The translations under genes were made by a program, and so were the position numbers. The notes under the pieces are model-generated. The model saw only the letters and a list, made by a program, of their open reading frames with translations, was not told the origin of the DNA and searched no databases. 64,000 bases of DNA from Cetorhinus maximus (Eukaryota), in assembly GCF_964194155.1 (NCBI RefSeq), contig NC_135903.1, positions 11,036,001 to 11,100,000 on the forward strand, in the 5' to 3' direction. Of this stretch, positions 36,589-49,906 are shown piece after piece; positions within the stretch are counted from its first letter, which is position 1; every line of letters begins with the position of its first letter.

Positions 36589-38144
36589 CGCCGAAATTAA
36601 TTCAGCAGTCTGGGTCACTGTTGATTAAGCGTTCGTAGCTCCTCGCTTAGGGTCAACTTTGGACTAGAAGGAACCTTCTCTCTTCTCTCCATGTCGTCCA
36701 AGGGCAATGCAGTTGCAAAGCAAAAAATTGCCTTTTTCAAACCAGCCTTAGAATTATTTTGTAAGTTTTGGAAGTGTCAAGATAGAGATCATATATCAAC
36801 TCATTTAGATTTGGGAAGGTCAAAGGTCGCATCTACACTGCATAAATGAATAGTTAATGGAAGTTTATGGATGGCGTTGGCCACGCCTGTCGCAAACTCA
36901 GGGTATGGCGATAGGGAGATTACAGTCCCAATAAAAAGTGACCTTTTAAAAATCTGATCATTTATACAAACTGATGGTTTATTTGATATGAAGTGGATTG
37001 ATCATGAAGCTGCAAAGGCAGCTACTTAAAAAAATATAGGGGGATTGGAAACCAATTTTTGAAGTTTCCAAATGCTTTCTTTTCCATATTTCAAATAATT
37101 TCGTTGTTTTATGTGTGGTGCAATCAGTTTAATTATTTAAACATTATATCAAAATCTATCAATATTTGATTTAACTCAGCATCACGGCGCTAAAATATTC
37201 GTAGCAAAGTCTGCCTCAGATGAATCTTTATTGCATTAATGAATGTTCTCATTTGGCTTATTTTTTTGTACCGGGGTCACAATAGCTTAGTTCTCATCTA
37301 TCAAAGAAACAAGACGTAGCGGTAATAACACAGCAGCGATGAACTGCTCCAGCAATGTATTATTACAGCCATAAATTCTTATTCATTACATTATGAAAAA
37401 CAGGAGGGGAAAGTAAATTGCTGCAGAAAATGCAGCAACTGAAATTTAAGCATTATTTATCACAAATGATGACTATTTTCTTTTAAGAATTGAGAGCACC
37501 AGCACACCTCATTTAAAGGATACATGAAAAGGTCCAGCACGTCGCAAATCCTGGTCAGAATTAATTTCATCCCGTTCTAGTTAAAAGTGTAAAGGCTAAA
37601 ATTAGGCTGAGAGGGTTTTTTTTTTAAGTTCCCGGAAATATCTGACAACAGGGGCTAATTTACATCTCCCCACCTCTATCAACAGACAGACACCGAAACA
37701 AAATTCAAGTCAAAATAACGTTAAAAGTTTCCGTTCTTTAATTGCGGCAGCATCTAAACCTAAACTTCAACCTTGTGTCTCCATGGTGATGTTTTATCCC
37801 ATGCATATATAAAACTCGCAGCAATACATTTATAGGAAGTTGATTATTTTCTTTTGATAAATATAAGAAACATTTCTTTATTGCTCAGTTTATGGGGTCA
37901 ATGCACAATGGGGGAATACGTTAAAAACTGACATGGAGATTACAACCAATAATTTTAAAAACACATTTACTGTGTGCATATTTTGTTGGGGAGCTTTTTA
38001 CTAAAATATTGATATGATTTTGCAGTCAACTGTTCAAATACATTTCCTTACACAATGTTGTTGTCAAAGGGGTAAAAACTCAGGACCATTCTACTGAAAA
38101 TAATTAAATGAGGCCATAACTTTGGGGTGTGCATTTTATTTAGG

Positions 38145-38221
38145 ATCTATCCATCTATCTATGTATCTATCGTTCTGTCGTTCTATTGTTCTATCTATCA
38201 TTCTATCTCTCGTTCTATCTA
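38145..38221. repeat. Degenerate (TCTA)n microsatellite
   Basis: tctatccatctatctatgtatctatcgttct... Confidence 0.7.
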
Positions 38222-38302
38222 ATGTATTCTGTGATGTAGGTTTTATATATAGAAAACATAGACTTGCATACATTTTTACAACACAGAAACATGTTTCCAG
38301 TT

Positions 38303-38665
38303 GAAGGAGAGAACAGAACTTGGGATCATAAATATAATATGGTCACTAATAAATCCGATAGGAAATTCAGGAAAAACATAATCAAACATCTTTACCCAAA
38401 GAGTGATGAGAATGAGGAATGATTGAGAAAAATCATATAAATGCATTTAAGGGAGAAGTAGATATACAAGAGGGAGAAAGAAATAGAAGGATATGTTGGG
38501 TTGCGTTAGATGATATAAGGTGGGAAGAGGCCCCTGTAGAACACAAACACTAGCATTGACCTGTTGGGCCGAATGGTCTATCTCTGTGCAATAAAACCAA
38601 ATATGTAAACAGGCCATTCGGCCCAACTGGTCAATGCCGGTGTTTATGCGCCATATGAGCTTCCT
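38303..38665. mobile_element. Two CR1 LINE 3'-end fragments, tail to tail (+ 38303-38597; - 38607-38665)
   Basis: CR1-type 3' motif gttgggccgaatggtct and its reverse complement aggccattcggcccaac. Confidence 0.7.
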
Positions 38666-38669
38666 TTTT

Positions 38670-38790
38670 TTATATTTTATTCATGGGATGTGGGCTTCGC
38701 TGGCTGGGCCAGCATTTATTGCCCATCCCTAATTGCCCTTGAGAAGGTGGTGCTGAGCTACCTTCTTGAACCGCTGCAGTCCATGTGGTT
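38670..38790 (-). mobile_element. LINE (CR1/L2 clade) 3'-terminal fragment; related copies at 41945-42057 (+), 44160-44530 (-), 52780-52850 (-) and 57620-57830 (-)
   Basis: Shared motif catttattgcccatccctaattgcccttgagaaggtggtg recurs across these copies. Confidence 0.7.
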
Positions 38791-38819
38791 CCTTCTAAAA
38801 TATTATCATGTTAACATGT

Positions 38820-38965
38820 TTATATACATAGCTTACATACACATTTATGAATACACACACACTTATATATATATATATATATATACACATGACTATCTAC
38901 ATACGTACATACACACAGCGTATGAATAGGTATATATACATATGTACATATACATATAATACATG
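38820..38965. repeat. (TA)n/(CA)n compound microsatellite
   Basis: Direct observation. Confidence 0.9.
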
Positions 38966-41900
38966 GATTGGCACAGGTCTGATAACACCCTTTGATATGT
39001 AGCGTGGAACAAATCAATTAATGGATTTGCTTCTGTTTTTGTATAGAAAGTTATTTTTATATCGTAATCCCTCTGTAAACCAGCATTAATTCAGTTTAAT
39101 TCCAATCTATGTGTACATTGCAGATAAGCAACCCAAATCCGTCAATCTGTCTGCAGCCCTTGCAACCGTTGTCAGGAGCTATGTGTTAGGGATGCAGCGT
39201 GTCTGAGGAGGGCCATCCAGCTAACACCTCAGAGAGTCCGATTGCTCCCACCACCGTTATTTGCATATATACACTTGCATAAACAAACAGGCGCCTCCAG
39301 GAGGAGGTCTTCTCGCACTCCCGACCAAAACAGCCTGTCAACAATGAACTGGATAAGAAATGCGACAGAGACAACAGTTAACCATTTTTTGTTATTTCTT
39401 CCAAAACTCACGTCCAAGAAACTTTCTAGAAATGTTGTTTGGCAAATAAATAGACACATACATTGATTATCCTGGTCGAAAATTCTCGATTAACCGAGAT
39501 ATGCACGAGTACATAAAGAAAAATGGATAAGTAGATACACATTTACATTCTATGTTTCAATAGGTGACGGTGGATCCTACATAACCTCTCTCTTGATTGT
39601 TACATAAACAGATAGTGAAGGATAGTTTAAAGAATTAGATAAACGATTGTAACTCTGTGTTATAATTTCGAGTGAGTGTACACCTTGGCTAAACATATGT
39701 CCAATAATTGACAGGGCACTGTAGAACTCAAGATCTGTTGGTCATTTGAAATTGATCGCAGTGACTAATATTCATAACTCTAAGTAACACAAGGCGGCGG
39801 TCCACGCTCCTACTTCCTAAGTAGCCCTTCAGCTGTGATAAGATCTTGGGGAACAGAAACTGATAAGCCCGGATGGTGGTGGCCAAAACTGGGATCACCT
39901 GCATCGACTCTGTGGTAGCAATTTCCCTACCGGGGCGGGGGATCGAAAGAACATCCAAATATCCATAATCCCCAATGTACTGAGAACCCGGCATACCATA
40001 AATATGTCCCACCAACCACATCCCATTAAACACCCGAATGCTATGTTCGCCTGCATTCACATATCCCACAAAGATAACTCGAATCCTATCACTCAAATAT
40101 TCATCAGGTTTATTACAACTCTTGAATTCCAGAATCTATATTGAATTTTATATTCCATAACTAAGCTGTGAGAACGAGGAACTCACATTTAATGCTAAAA
40201 AAATAATGTAATCAAATCCACGACTGGTGTTGTTGTGTTCTATTCTTAACTTTTGAAGCGGCCGATATATTTACTTTTAAAATATTGTAAGTCCTTACCC
40301 CTTTTAACCACACCGCCATAAATTGGTCTCATTCAGCATTGGATATTATGGATAGGGTCCCGATGTCTCACAAAGGGCCGTTTAATAAAAGAACTTCGGG
40401 ATGATTTTTAATGAATTCATGTCAACCTAATTGCGTCTAATAGTTAAAACGGTCGATAAATGTTCATACTCAAACTGAAATGGCGCGACAAAGCGAACGT
40501 CCCAAAATGTGAGCGGGTTTTACTTCTCTTTTTAAAAATGAACCAGATTCTTTCTTAATATGTTACAGACTGACCCAAACACAATACAACACAGAAAAGA
40601 ACTGCAGGTCATGAATTGAAGGGTAAGAGGAATTATAAATCAATGTATTGTTTATATATAATATCATTCACACAGAAATGTGCGATAAACGGATGCCACT
40701 CACCGAAAAACTAAACTTGCAGGTGGTCCTGTCCAAAGTTTTGAAATTTTATTTATAAATGCACACAAACTTCACGCGATTTCCTTCATTGAGGAGTCAT
40801 TTCAAAGCAGGAAATTAAACGTCAAATTATTACATTGTTTCTGTATTTGGGAAGGAGAAGGAACTCTCTCCCCAGTGAGTAGAAGGTGAATAAATGTCGT
40901 TAGCAATACATCATAAAATAACACAGGAACAGGTGGAAAAATGGAGGGCTTAATTTCAAACATTTTAGTTTATTCTCAAATTTCCTGATCGAACTACGAG
41001 GTAGAGGACAATAAGAATCCCAGTAGAACTTTTTTAACATGTGTTTTTCCTCATTATTTTGGGAACGTTTAAGTTTCGTTTCTATGGTGATGCATTTTGT
41101 AATTATGGAATCTGGCAGGAACTAAGATCTATTCTGATAATCACAGTCATGAAATATGGGAGAATGAGCGTGCTATTTCTATTATCACCTTTGCGACGCA
41201 CGCCAGGTAAACATGCAGCCATTTAATATGATTGTGGGGTTACATTAGCACAATTCGAAGCAGAGAGCGTCCCCCCAGTTTTGGCACCAGGTACAAATAT
41301 CTCCAGTGACAGCCTTGAAACTTGCATTCATTTTCTATTCTAACTTCAGAACCTATTGCACTTTATAACAAACCGGGCAGCCGCTTCCGGAGTTTCCATT
41401 AATGAACAAATTCACATTAGTTTTAAGGTTGAAACAATTTCTGTTTCTTAATAAAGTCTTGCTGTGTACTTCATCGTTCTCATCCTACAGAAATTATTGA
41501 CCGAAGGTCTAAGCAATGGCTAAAATATATATTAAGGCGGATAATTTCCGTTGGGATGTTAGAAGAGACTTTGGTTCAATGTGTTATGTTTTGAGTCAGG
41601 GATTCTGGACAGTGATGGGGAGCGAATTTAGCTTTAACTCTGCACTTGAGCGCTGATTTCTATTATATTCCTTTCGACTATCAATATTATCGACTTGTTT
41701 CATTAAGAAAGCAATCTTTCACCCCGAATGGAACAGGGGCCTATGTGTGTTCGGTACAATCTGTAGCGTTGCATGCAAGTGATCCGGCGAATCCAGGCAA
41801 AAATTAAACCTGTACTATCGTATCGTCTATTAGAGGTCCAGTAAGATTATTTCACTCCTGCGGCCATTGGTCCCGATGACCATGTTTATTGTTGGAAAAT

Positions 41901-44589
41901 TTCCAGATTTTCCAAAATCATGCAAATAGTCGCAACCTTAAAATACCTAGTGCAGGGGCTGCCGCGGTTCATGAAGGCAGCTCACCACCACCTTATTAAG
42001 GGCAATTAGGGGTGGACAATAAAGCGACGCCCACACCCCGTAACTGAATTAAAAAAAGCTCCCTGGAGCACCAGTTAGAAACCAATTTCTGGTTTGTTAA
42101 TCTGAAAGTGATCTAACTCTGACTTTCCCCTGTACTCAGACAGATCCACTTTGATCTTTTGAGTCAATTTTATTCACCTTTCTTAAGTAAACATTCGCTA
42201 AACCATCACCATTGAATATTATAACGAAATATTTACAGATTAGAGGCAGATAGAAACCTCCAGACATACATAAGCACAGATATAAATATGTAGTTTATAA
42301 TATATGTATAATCCTCCGATATGTATAACTGCAGATTACAATATAATGGATATAGTTTATTTTGTCCATAGGTACACTCGTATATAAATAACTATATATT
42401 ATCTATGTATTTTTGTGCAATCTAATGTTTAAATGAATATAAATTGCTATCTATGTAAATCACATTTACTATCATCTATCTGTCTTTCTATATTTTCTGG
42501 GAAAACGGTTGCCAATGGCTGCTCATGTTTTTCTGCCGTACAACATTTAGCTATTTACATTTTGGGGAAAAAAATTAAGTTTGTCCTATATTTTTGCTTT
42601 CTTCACTGCTATTTGCCTAACTTTAGAACACCTGGGCATTGGGTATCACTGACAACTACAGTTAGAAAAACAGATCTGAATTATAAAATACGAAACATTT
42701 ATCATGAAAAAAATCTAATAGTATAAAACAGAAAACCGTGCGAAAAATACGAGAATAAACGGAATCTTATTAATGCTACATATTGAGTGCCATAGCATAA
42801 TATTTCACTTTGATATCCTCAAACCTCAGGACCATCTCCAAGTTGTTAAACGCGTGGCAGACGGTTGGACCCATAGATCGACAAGTAATGAGAAGGCGTT
42901 GGGTTTTCATGAGTTGTTGACGGTGTGACATTACAGGTGCGAAACACGAGATTCAATGAATATAGACCCAGACAGCAAGAATGCAGAAAATGAATCACTG
43001 TTAGTATCAGAAAAAGCTGGTGTCAAGAGCTATGCATAAATGTTTAGTGTATGTGTATGTTCAAGAATAAAGCTTGCGACAAACTTGATGCGCTCGATTC
43101 AGACTTTGACATTGATCACCTTAGAAAACAGAAAAGTCCAACGGATGATGAAAAATATAAATCTTAAACTTCTAATAAAATTAATATTTTTGCAAGACAG
43201 AAACCCCGAATACAAGACCAATGAATCAGCAGAATGCCTTCAAAGTGTTTCAAACGACACACACCTCAAAAATATATTTTAAAAAACAGAAAAATGCCAA
43301 TGGAATTTAAAAAGAAACTCAAATCTCAGTATGTGACCGTGTTCTGTGTTTGTGACGGGCCTGCCTCTAGTTCCAAATCTATTCTCGAAGTATTGCTTCT
43401 TTAATCGAAGTGAAAATGCAATCCAACCCTTTTATGAACGAGTTGGGTTGAAAGGTTATCACTGTGTAAATACCTGGGTTCAGTAAAACCTATTTGAAGG
43501 GAAACAGACGTGATTCGCCGCATATTTGGAGGCTGTGCACCCTGGGCGTGTGTGCACACTATTAAAACCACATCAGGCACTTGCAAGAGAGGAGATTGAA
43601 AACAAACAGCGGTTAAGTCAATTCACCTTATTGGGTTTTATCAGCAAAACAGAAATCTAGAATCAACTGCAAAAAAAAACCTTTTTGTGCGACAATCAAT
43701 GATTCGTGATAACGGGCCAGAAATTATATTTGCCCGATTTAATCTAATTCTTGATTACCAATTAGGTTTCTGAGAAATTAATGTCGTGACCTTCCTTAAG
43801 TAATGGGGCTAATATTTATTACAATATCATGTAATCCGTTGTAATATATAGGGGGTTTAGAATTTCCCTGTAATATACAGCAGATGATTTCCTGGTAATA
43901 CTGCACTAATGATGTCACCAAAGAGGTTAATTACAGAATAAAGAATGTGAGACCCATATAATGGGGTTGAATATGTTCCTGATTACTTTGGATTGAGGCA
44001 ATGACATGTGCTGGTTGAATCACTGCCTGGGCTAAAAATCCGCAAAATTTAGGGAGATTGTGTATTTGAGGCATTCATCTAAGTGAGCAAGGGAGTCCAA
44101 GCCTTTGTGTTAGTTGGCAATATTGATACGTTCTATGAACCCCAAAGGTTGCTTATTACCTTTTTTAACATTTATTCTCAGGGTGTGGGCGTCTCAGGCA
44201 TTGCCATAGTTTGTTGCCCCAGTTACCCTGGGAAGGTTGTGGACCACCTTCTTGAAACACTGCACGAAGAGTCTGATGCATCATCAGAGGCTTACTTCAG
44301 AAGGCAGTTAGAGTCAACTGCATTGGTGTATGACTGGAGTCACATATAGGCCAGATTGGATAATAACAGCAAGTTCCACTCTCTGACAGATGCCAGTGAA
44401 TCAATTGGATTTTTATGGCAATTCAGCAGCTTCAGGGTCACTTTTCCTGATATCAGGTTGTTATTTTCTGATGTTATTAAAAGGCTGAATTCAATTTCTC
44501 AAATCAGCCATGGTGAGGTTTGAATTAATGCATCCATTAACTTAGATAAATCTCAAGTTGCTGATACAGGCAAATGTGACCTGATATAC

Positions 44590-44920
44590 ATAGAATTACA
44601 TTGCTTCACAGAAACAGTCTATTTGGCCCAACTAGTCTATGCTAGTGTTAATACTCCACACAAGTCTCTTTTCACCCTTTTACATCTCACCTTAATGGCA
44701 TGTCCTTCTATTCCTTTCTCCCTCATGTGATTATCTAGCTTCCCCTAAACTGCATCTCTAATATTTGCTTCAGTTACCCCACATTCTCACCACTCTCTGG
44801 ATAAAGATGTTTCTCCAAAATTCCCTATTGCAATTCGTAGTCAATATCTCACGTTGATGACCCCTAATTTTGGACTCCCCCACAAGTGGAAACATTTTTT
44901 CCTATGTTTATCCCATCAAA
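44590..44920 (-). mobile_element. Decayed CR1 LINE 3' end
   Basis: gaaacagtctatttggcccaact...cacattctcaccactctctggataaag, similar to the fragments at 38303-38665. Confidence 0.6.
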
Positions 44921-45371
44921 CTCCATTGTTTCTCAACAAGACTTTACAAGAAGTCTTTTCCAAATCTTCAGGCCCACAAAATTAAAACAAGACAGGCCAA
45001 TCAATAAGGAATAAATGCAAATAAGATTCAGGCCTTGTGGTTTTCAGAGGAGCTGGATTGCCAAGTCTTAGAGACCATATGTGGCTTGGGTTATAGGATG
45101 GACACCCCGTCCATAGATTTTTCACTCCTACCATTGGCTCCTCAACCAAGCACTTGTCTAAATGAGTGAAATTTCACTGTACAATAGGAGCAAACAGAAA
45201 CTTCCTTCTCTGCATTGCTAATAGAAACTTGAAATCATTTATGTTAGGTAGGTTAATGCCTTTGTTATAATAGCAGGCAGAGAAATTATATATGAATACA
45301 TAAACTTGTCCCTGAAGTTATATTACACAGCACAATTTCTTACTACAGATATCCAAACCAGCACTAAAAAG

Positions 45372-45782
45372 AAAAGAGCTTGCACTTAAATAGAGCATTT
45401 CACAACCTCAAAAGTATTTTATTGTCAATTTTAAAGTGCAGGAAATGTGGCAGACAATTTGTACACAGCAAGCCCCCATGAAACAGCAATGAATTAAATG
45501 ATTAGGTCATCTGTTTTAGGTATTGGTTAAGGGATAAATAATAGCTTGAACGGCAGAGAGAACTCCCTGTCCTTCAAACAGTACCACAGATCTTTTACAT
45601 CTACCTGACAGGGCAGATGGGGCCTTGGTTTAATATTTTACCCAAAAGCTAGCACCTTTGACAGTACAGCACTTTCTCAATGCTGCATTGAAGTATCAGC
45701 CTAGGCAATAGGCTCAAATCTTCAGAGTGGGGCCTGAACCCATAACCTTCTGACCCATAGGGGAGACTGCCACTCGCTGAAA
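45372..45782 (-). mobile_element. tRNA-derived SINE with Deu-like core and L2-type tail (SacSINE1/AmnSINE-like)
   Basis: Reverse complement shows box A/box B (GGTTCAGGCCC) followed by a core shared with the copies at 53550-53995 and 60985-61405. Confidence 0.75.
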
Positions 45783-45804
45783 CAAGAAGAGAAAGAGAAT
45801 TCTG

Positions 45805-46012
45805 CCAGGTGTCCTGTTAACCCTCAAGCAACATCAATGAAACAGGTGGTCTGGTCATTATCACTTGTTGTTTGTGGGATCTTACTGTGTGCAAAATTGA
45901 CTTGCACTTTTCCTACATTACAACAGTGGCTACAATTTAACAATGCTTCATGAGCTACAAATTGTTTTGGGATATCCTGAGGTTGTGAAATGTGCTGTGT
46001 AAATGCAATTTA
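45805..46012 (+). mobile_element. Partial copy of the same SINE (3' half); another partial copy at ~52115-52290 (+)
   Basis: ctggtcattatcacttgttgtttgtgggatcttactgtgtgcaaaattg...gtgctgtgtaaatgcaa. Confidence 0.65.
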
Positions 46013-46664
46013 TTTCCTGCCCTTTCGTTTTACAGGACCTGCACTATAAATTCCATTTGCACTGATTGTAACTCTCTGCATCTGTTTAAACTTACGTGCA
46101 AGGAGTTCTGCTTTGTGTGACTGCAGAGTGCCACAGAGATGTCTGTATTAAGCAGGGGTGCCATTGACCAATGTTGCAAAAGCAAATACAGAAATCAAAC
46201 TGCTACCTGCATTACAAAGACAACACTGAACCATATAAATCATTAAACCAGTAATAGCTTTGAGTGACAGCTCTGAGCATAACACTTAAGAGATTTAAAG
46301 AAACTATAATTAAACCATATAAATGTGACACTCATTATGAATATACATGTAAGGCACACGATTCTTATCACTAACATAGTGATATAATACTGTCAATGTA
46401 ATTGCACTGCAGTACTAGGGCTTTCTGTATCAAGTAGGAAGTTCCTAACTTTGAAAACACAGGCAGTATATATTAAAGAAAATACCAACCATGAGTTCAC
46501 AACAGTAACTTAATCCTAAAGTTCAGATGAATCCATTACCCACATACGAATATACCCAAATACATATTTACAATTCAAACCTACATAATAGATTCCAATC
46601 TTTTACACCTGTTATTCTTTATATATAAATCACCTGAACTCCTCAGTTAAATTATATTTTATGA

Positions 46665-47353
46665 ACGTGGGAAATAGGAGCAGGGGTTGACAGGGGCAAG
46701 TCCCTTGAGCCTGCTCCACCATTCAACTAGATCATGGCTGATCTTTTACTTCAACATTTCAAGTGCACTTTCCCCATATCCCTTGATATCTTTAATATCT
46801 AGAAATCTATTGATCTCTGCCTTGAACATACTCAATGACTGAGCTTCCACAGCCCTCTGGGGCAGAGAATTCCAAAGGTTCACCACCCTGTGAGTGAAGA
46901 AATTCCTCCTCCTCCTCTCAGTCCTAAATGGCATACGCCTTATTCTGAGACGATACACCCTGGTTGCAGGCCTCCTAACCAGTGGAATCAGCCTTCCTGC
47001 ATCTACCCTCTCGAGACCTGTAAGAATTTTGTATGCTTCAACGAGGTCACCTCTCATTCTTCTAAATTCTAAACAATATAGGCCCAGTCTCCTCAGTCTC
47101 TCCTCAGCACAATCCCATCATCCCTGGGATCAGTCTAGTGAACCTTTGTTGCATTCCCTCTGTGGCAAGTATAACCTTCCTTAGGTAAGGAGACCAAATC
47201 GGCACACAATACTCAAGGTGCAGTCTCACCAAGGCTCTATATAATTGCAGCAAGGCATCTTTACTCCTGTACTTAAATCCCCTTGCAAAAAAGGCCAACA
47301 TACTATTTGCCTTCCCAATTGCTTGCTGCAGCTGCATGTTAGTTTTCAGTGAC
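46665..47353 (-). mobile_element. CR1 LINE (host copy), 3' part of ORF2 and 3' UTR
   Basis: Translations MRGDLVEAYKILTGLERVD...FFTHRVVNLWNSLP and LKTNMQLQQAIGKANSMLAF...LEYCVPIWSPY match the CR1 RT C-terminus. Confidence 0.9.
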
Positions 47354-49700
47354 CATAAGACCATAAGATGTAAAAGCAGAGGTAGGCCATTCGGCGCATC
47401 GAGTCTGCTCTGCCATTCAATCAGATCATGGCTGATCTGATAATCCTCAATTCCACTTTCCTGCTTTTCCCCCATAACCCTTGATTCCTTTACTGATTAA
47501 AAATCTGTCTATCTCAGCCTTGAATATACTTAACGACCCAGCCTCTGCAGTAAAGAATTCCACAGATTCACTACCCTCTGCGAGAAATTCCTCCTCATCC
47601 CTATTTTAAATGGGTGACCCCTTACTCTGAGATTATGCCCTTTGGTCCTACAAGGGAAAACACTCTCTCAGCATCTACCTTGTCAAATGCCCTAAGAATC
47701 TTAAGCATTTCAATAAGGTCGTCTCTCATTCTTCTAAACTCCAATGAGTACAGGCCCAACCTACTCAACCTCTCCTCATAGGGAAATCCCTCAATACCTG
47801 GGATCAACCTAGTGAACCTTCTCTGGACTGCCTCCAATGCCAGTACATCATCCCTTAGATAACTGTTCACACCATTCTAGGCACGGTCCAACCAATGCCC
47901 TGTATAGCTTTAGAAAGACTTCCCTATTTTTATACTCCATTCCCTTTGAAATAAAGGCCAATGTTCCATTTGCCTTCCCTATTACCTACTGAACTTGTAT
48001 GCTAGCTTTTTGTGATTCATGCACGAGGATCCCCAAATCCCTCTGTGCTGCAGCTTTCTGCAGTCTTTTTCCATTTAAATAATATTTAGCTCCTCTATTC
48101 TTCCTGCCAAAGTGCATAGCCTTACATTTTCCCACATTATATTCCATCTGCCAAGTTTTTGCCCACTCACTTAACCTGCCTATATCCCTCAGTAGACTTT
48201 TTGTGCCATCCTCATCACTTGCCTTCCCACCTATTTTTGTGTCATCTGCATGCTTGGCAATAGTACATTCACTTCCCTCATCTAAGTCACAAATTTATAT
48301 TGTAAATAACTGTGGCCCCAGTACTGATCCCTGTGACACTCCATTAGTAACAGGTTGCCATCCTGAAAATGCCCCCCTTATCCCAACTCTCTGTCTTCTA
48401 TTAGTTAGCCAATACTCTATCTATACTAATATACTACCCCAACACCATGGGCTCTTATCTTATTAAGTAGCCTTATGTGCAGTGCCTTATCGAACACCCT
48501 TTGGAAATCCAAATATATTACAACTATTGGTTCCCCTTTATCTATCCTGCTTGTTACATCCTCAAAGAATTCTCATAAATTTGTCAGGCATGATTTCCAC
48601 TTCATGAAGTCATGCTGACTCTGCTTGATTATATTATGTATTTCTAAATGCTCTGCTATTACATCCTTTATAATAGACTATAACATTTTCCCAATGACAG
48701 ATGTTAAGCTAACTGGCCTATAGTTACCTGTTTTTTTGTGTCCCTCCCTTTTTGAATAAGGGTGTTACATTGGCAGTTTTCCAATCCCCTGAGGCTTTTC
48801 AGAATCTAAGGATTCTTGGAAGATTACTACCAGTGCATCCACTATCTCTGTAGCTACTTCCTTTAATATCCTAGGATACAACCAATCAGGTCCAGGGGAC
48901 TTATTGGCCTTTAATGCCATTAATTTCCCTAGTACCTTTTCTCTAGTGATAGTTATTGTATTTATTTCCTCCCCCCTCCCTTTTGCCCCTTAGTTATTTA
49001 GTATTTTTGGAATGCTATTAATGTCTTCTACCGTGAAGACTGATGCAAAGTATTTATTCAACTCCTCTGCCATTTCCTGGTTCCCCATTATTATCTCCCC
49101 AGCTCATTCTCTAAGGGGCCTATGTTCACTTTGGCCTCTCTCTTCCTTTTTATATACTTAAAGAAGCTCTTACTGTCCATTTTTATATTGCTTGCTAGTT
49201 TACCCTCAAAGTTTATTTTCTCCCTTTTTTGTTTGGTCATCTTTTGTTGATTTTTGAAACTTTCCCAACCTTCTGGCTTACCACTAATCTTTGCCACATT
49301 GTATGCTTTTTCCTTCAATTTGATACTATCCTTAATTTACTTGGTTAATCATGGTTGGTTATAACCCTTCTCCCTCACTGGGATGTACCTTTGTTGTGAG
49401 TCATGAACTATTTTCTTAAACGTCTGCCATTATTCATCAACCTTCTTTTCTGATAAGCTCCGTTCCCAGTCCAATCCAGCCAACTCTGCCCTCATTCCTT
49501 TGCAATTACCCTTATTTAAGTTTAGCACAGTTGTTTCTGACCCAGGTGTCTCACCATCAACTGAATGCTAAATTCTACCATGTTATGGTCACTGTTTCCA
49601 AGGAGATCTTTTACTCTGAGATCATTTATTAAACCTACCTCATTACACATTACCAGATCCAAAATAGCCTGATTCCTGATTGGATTCACAGCATATTGCT
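47354..49700 (-). mobile_element. Second CR1 LINE, 5'-truncated, nested in the host copy
   Basis: 3' tandem tail (gaccataa)2; frameshifted RT fragments LEAVQRRFTRLIPG and KLASNIKMDSKSFFKYIKRKR. Confidence 0.9.
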
Positions 49701-49906
49701 AATAACTGAAGCTGGGGGACAAAAAAGGCAATCACATGGGAGAAAGAAAAAAAACTTAAATTTTGAACCTGCATTTTTGAAGGCAGTTTTTTTGGAGAAC
49801 AAGCTGAGGAAAGAAGGCTCCCTCTCTCTACCTTGCCTGAAATTGTGTGTGACTATCAACCTGTAGCCACAGATCCCTCATCTGAGTGTAACTGGTCTGG
49901 ATTTGG

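Noticed and set aside
39242-39466. Possible relic Hox gene (TMNWIR resembling a hexapeptide, RRRSSRT resembling an N-terminal arm)
   Set aside because: The motifs are in the wrong order and I found no helix-3 WFQNRR remnant nearby
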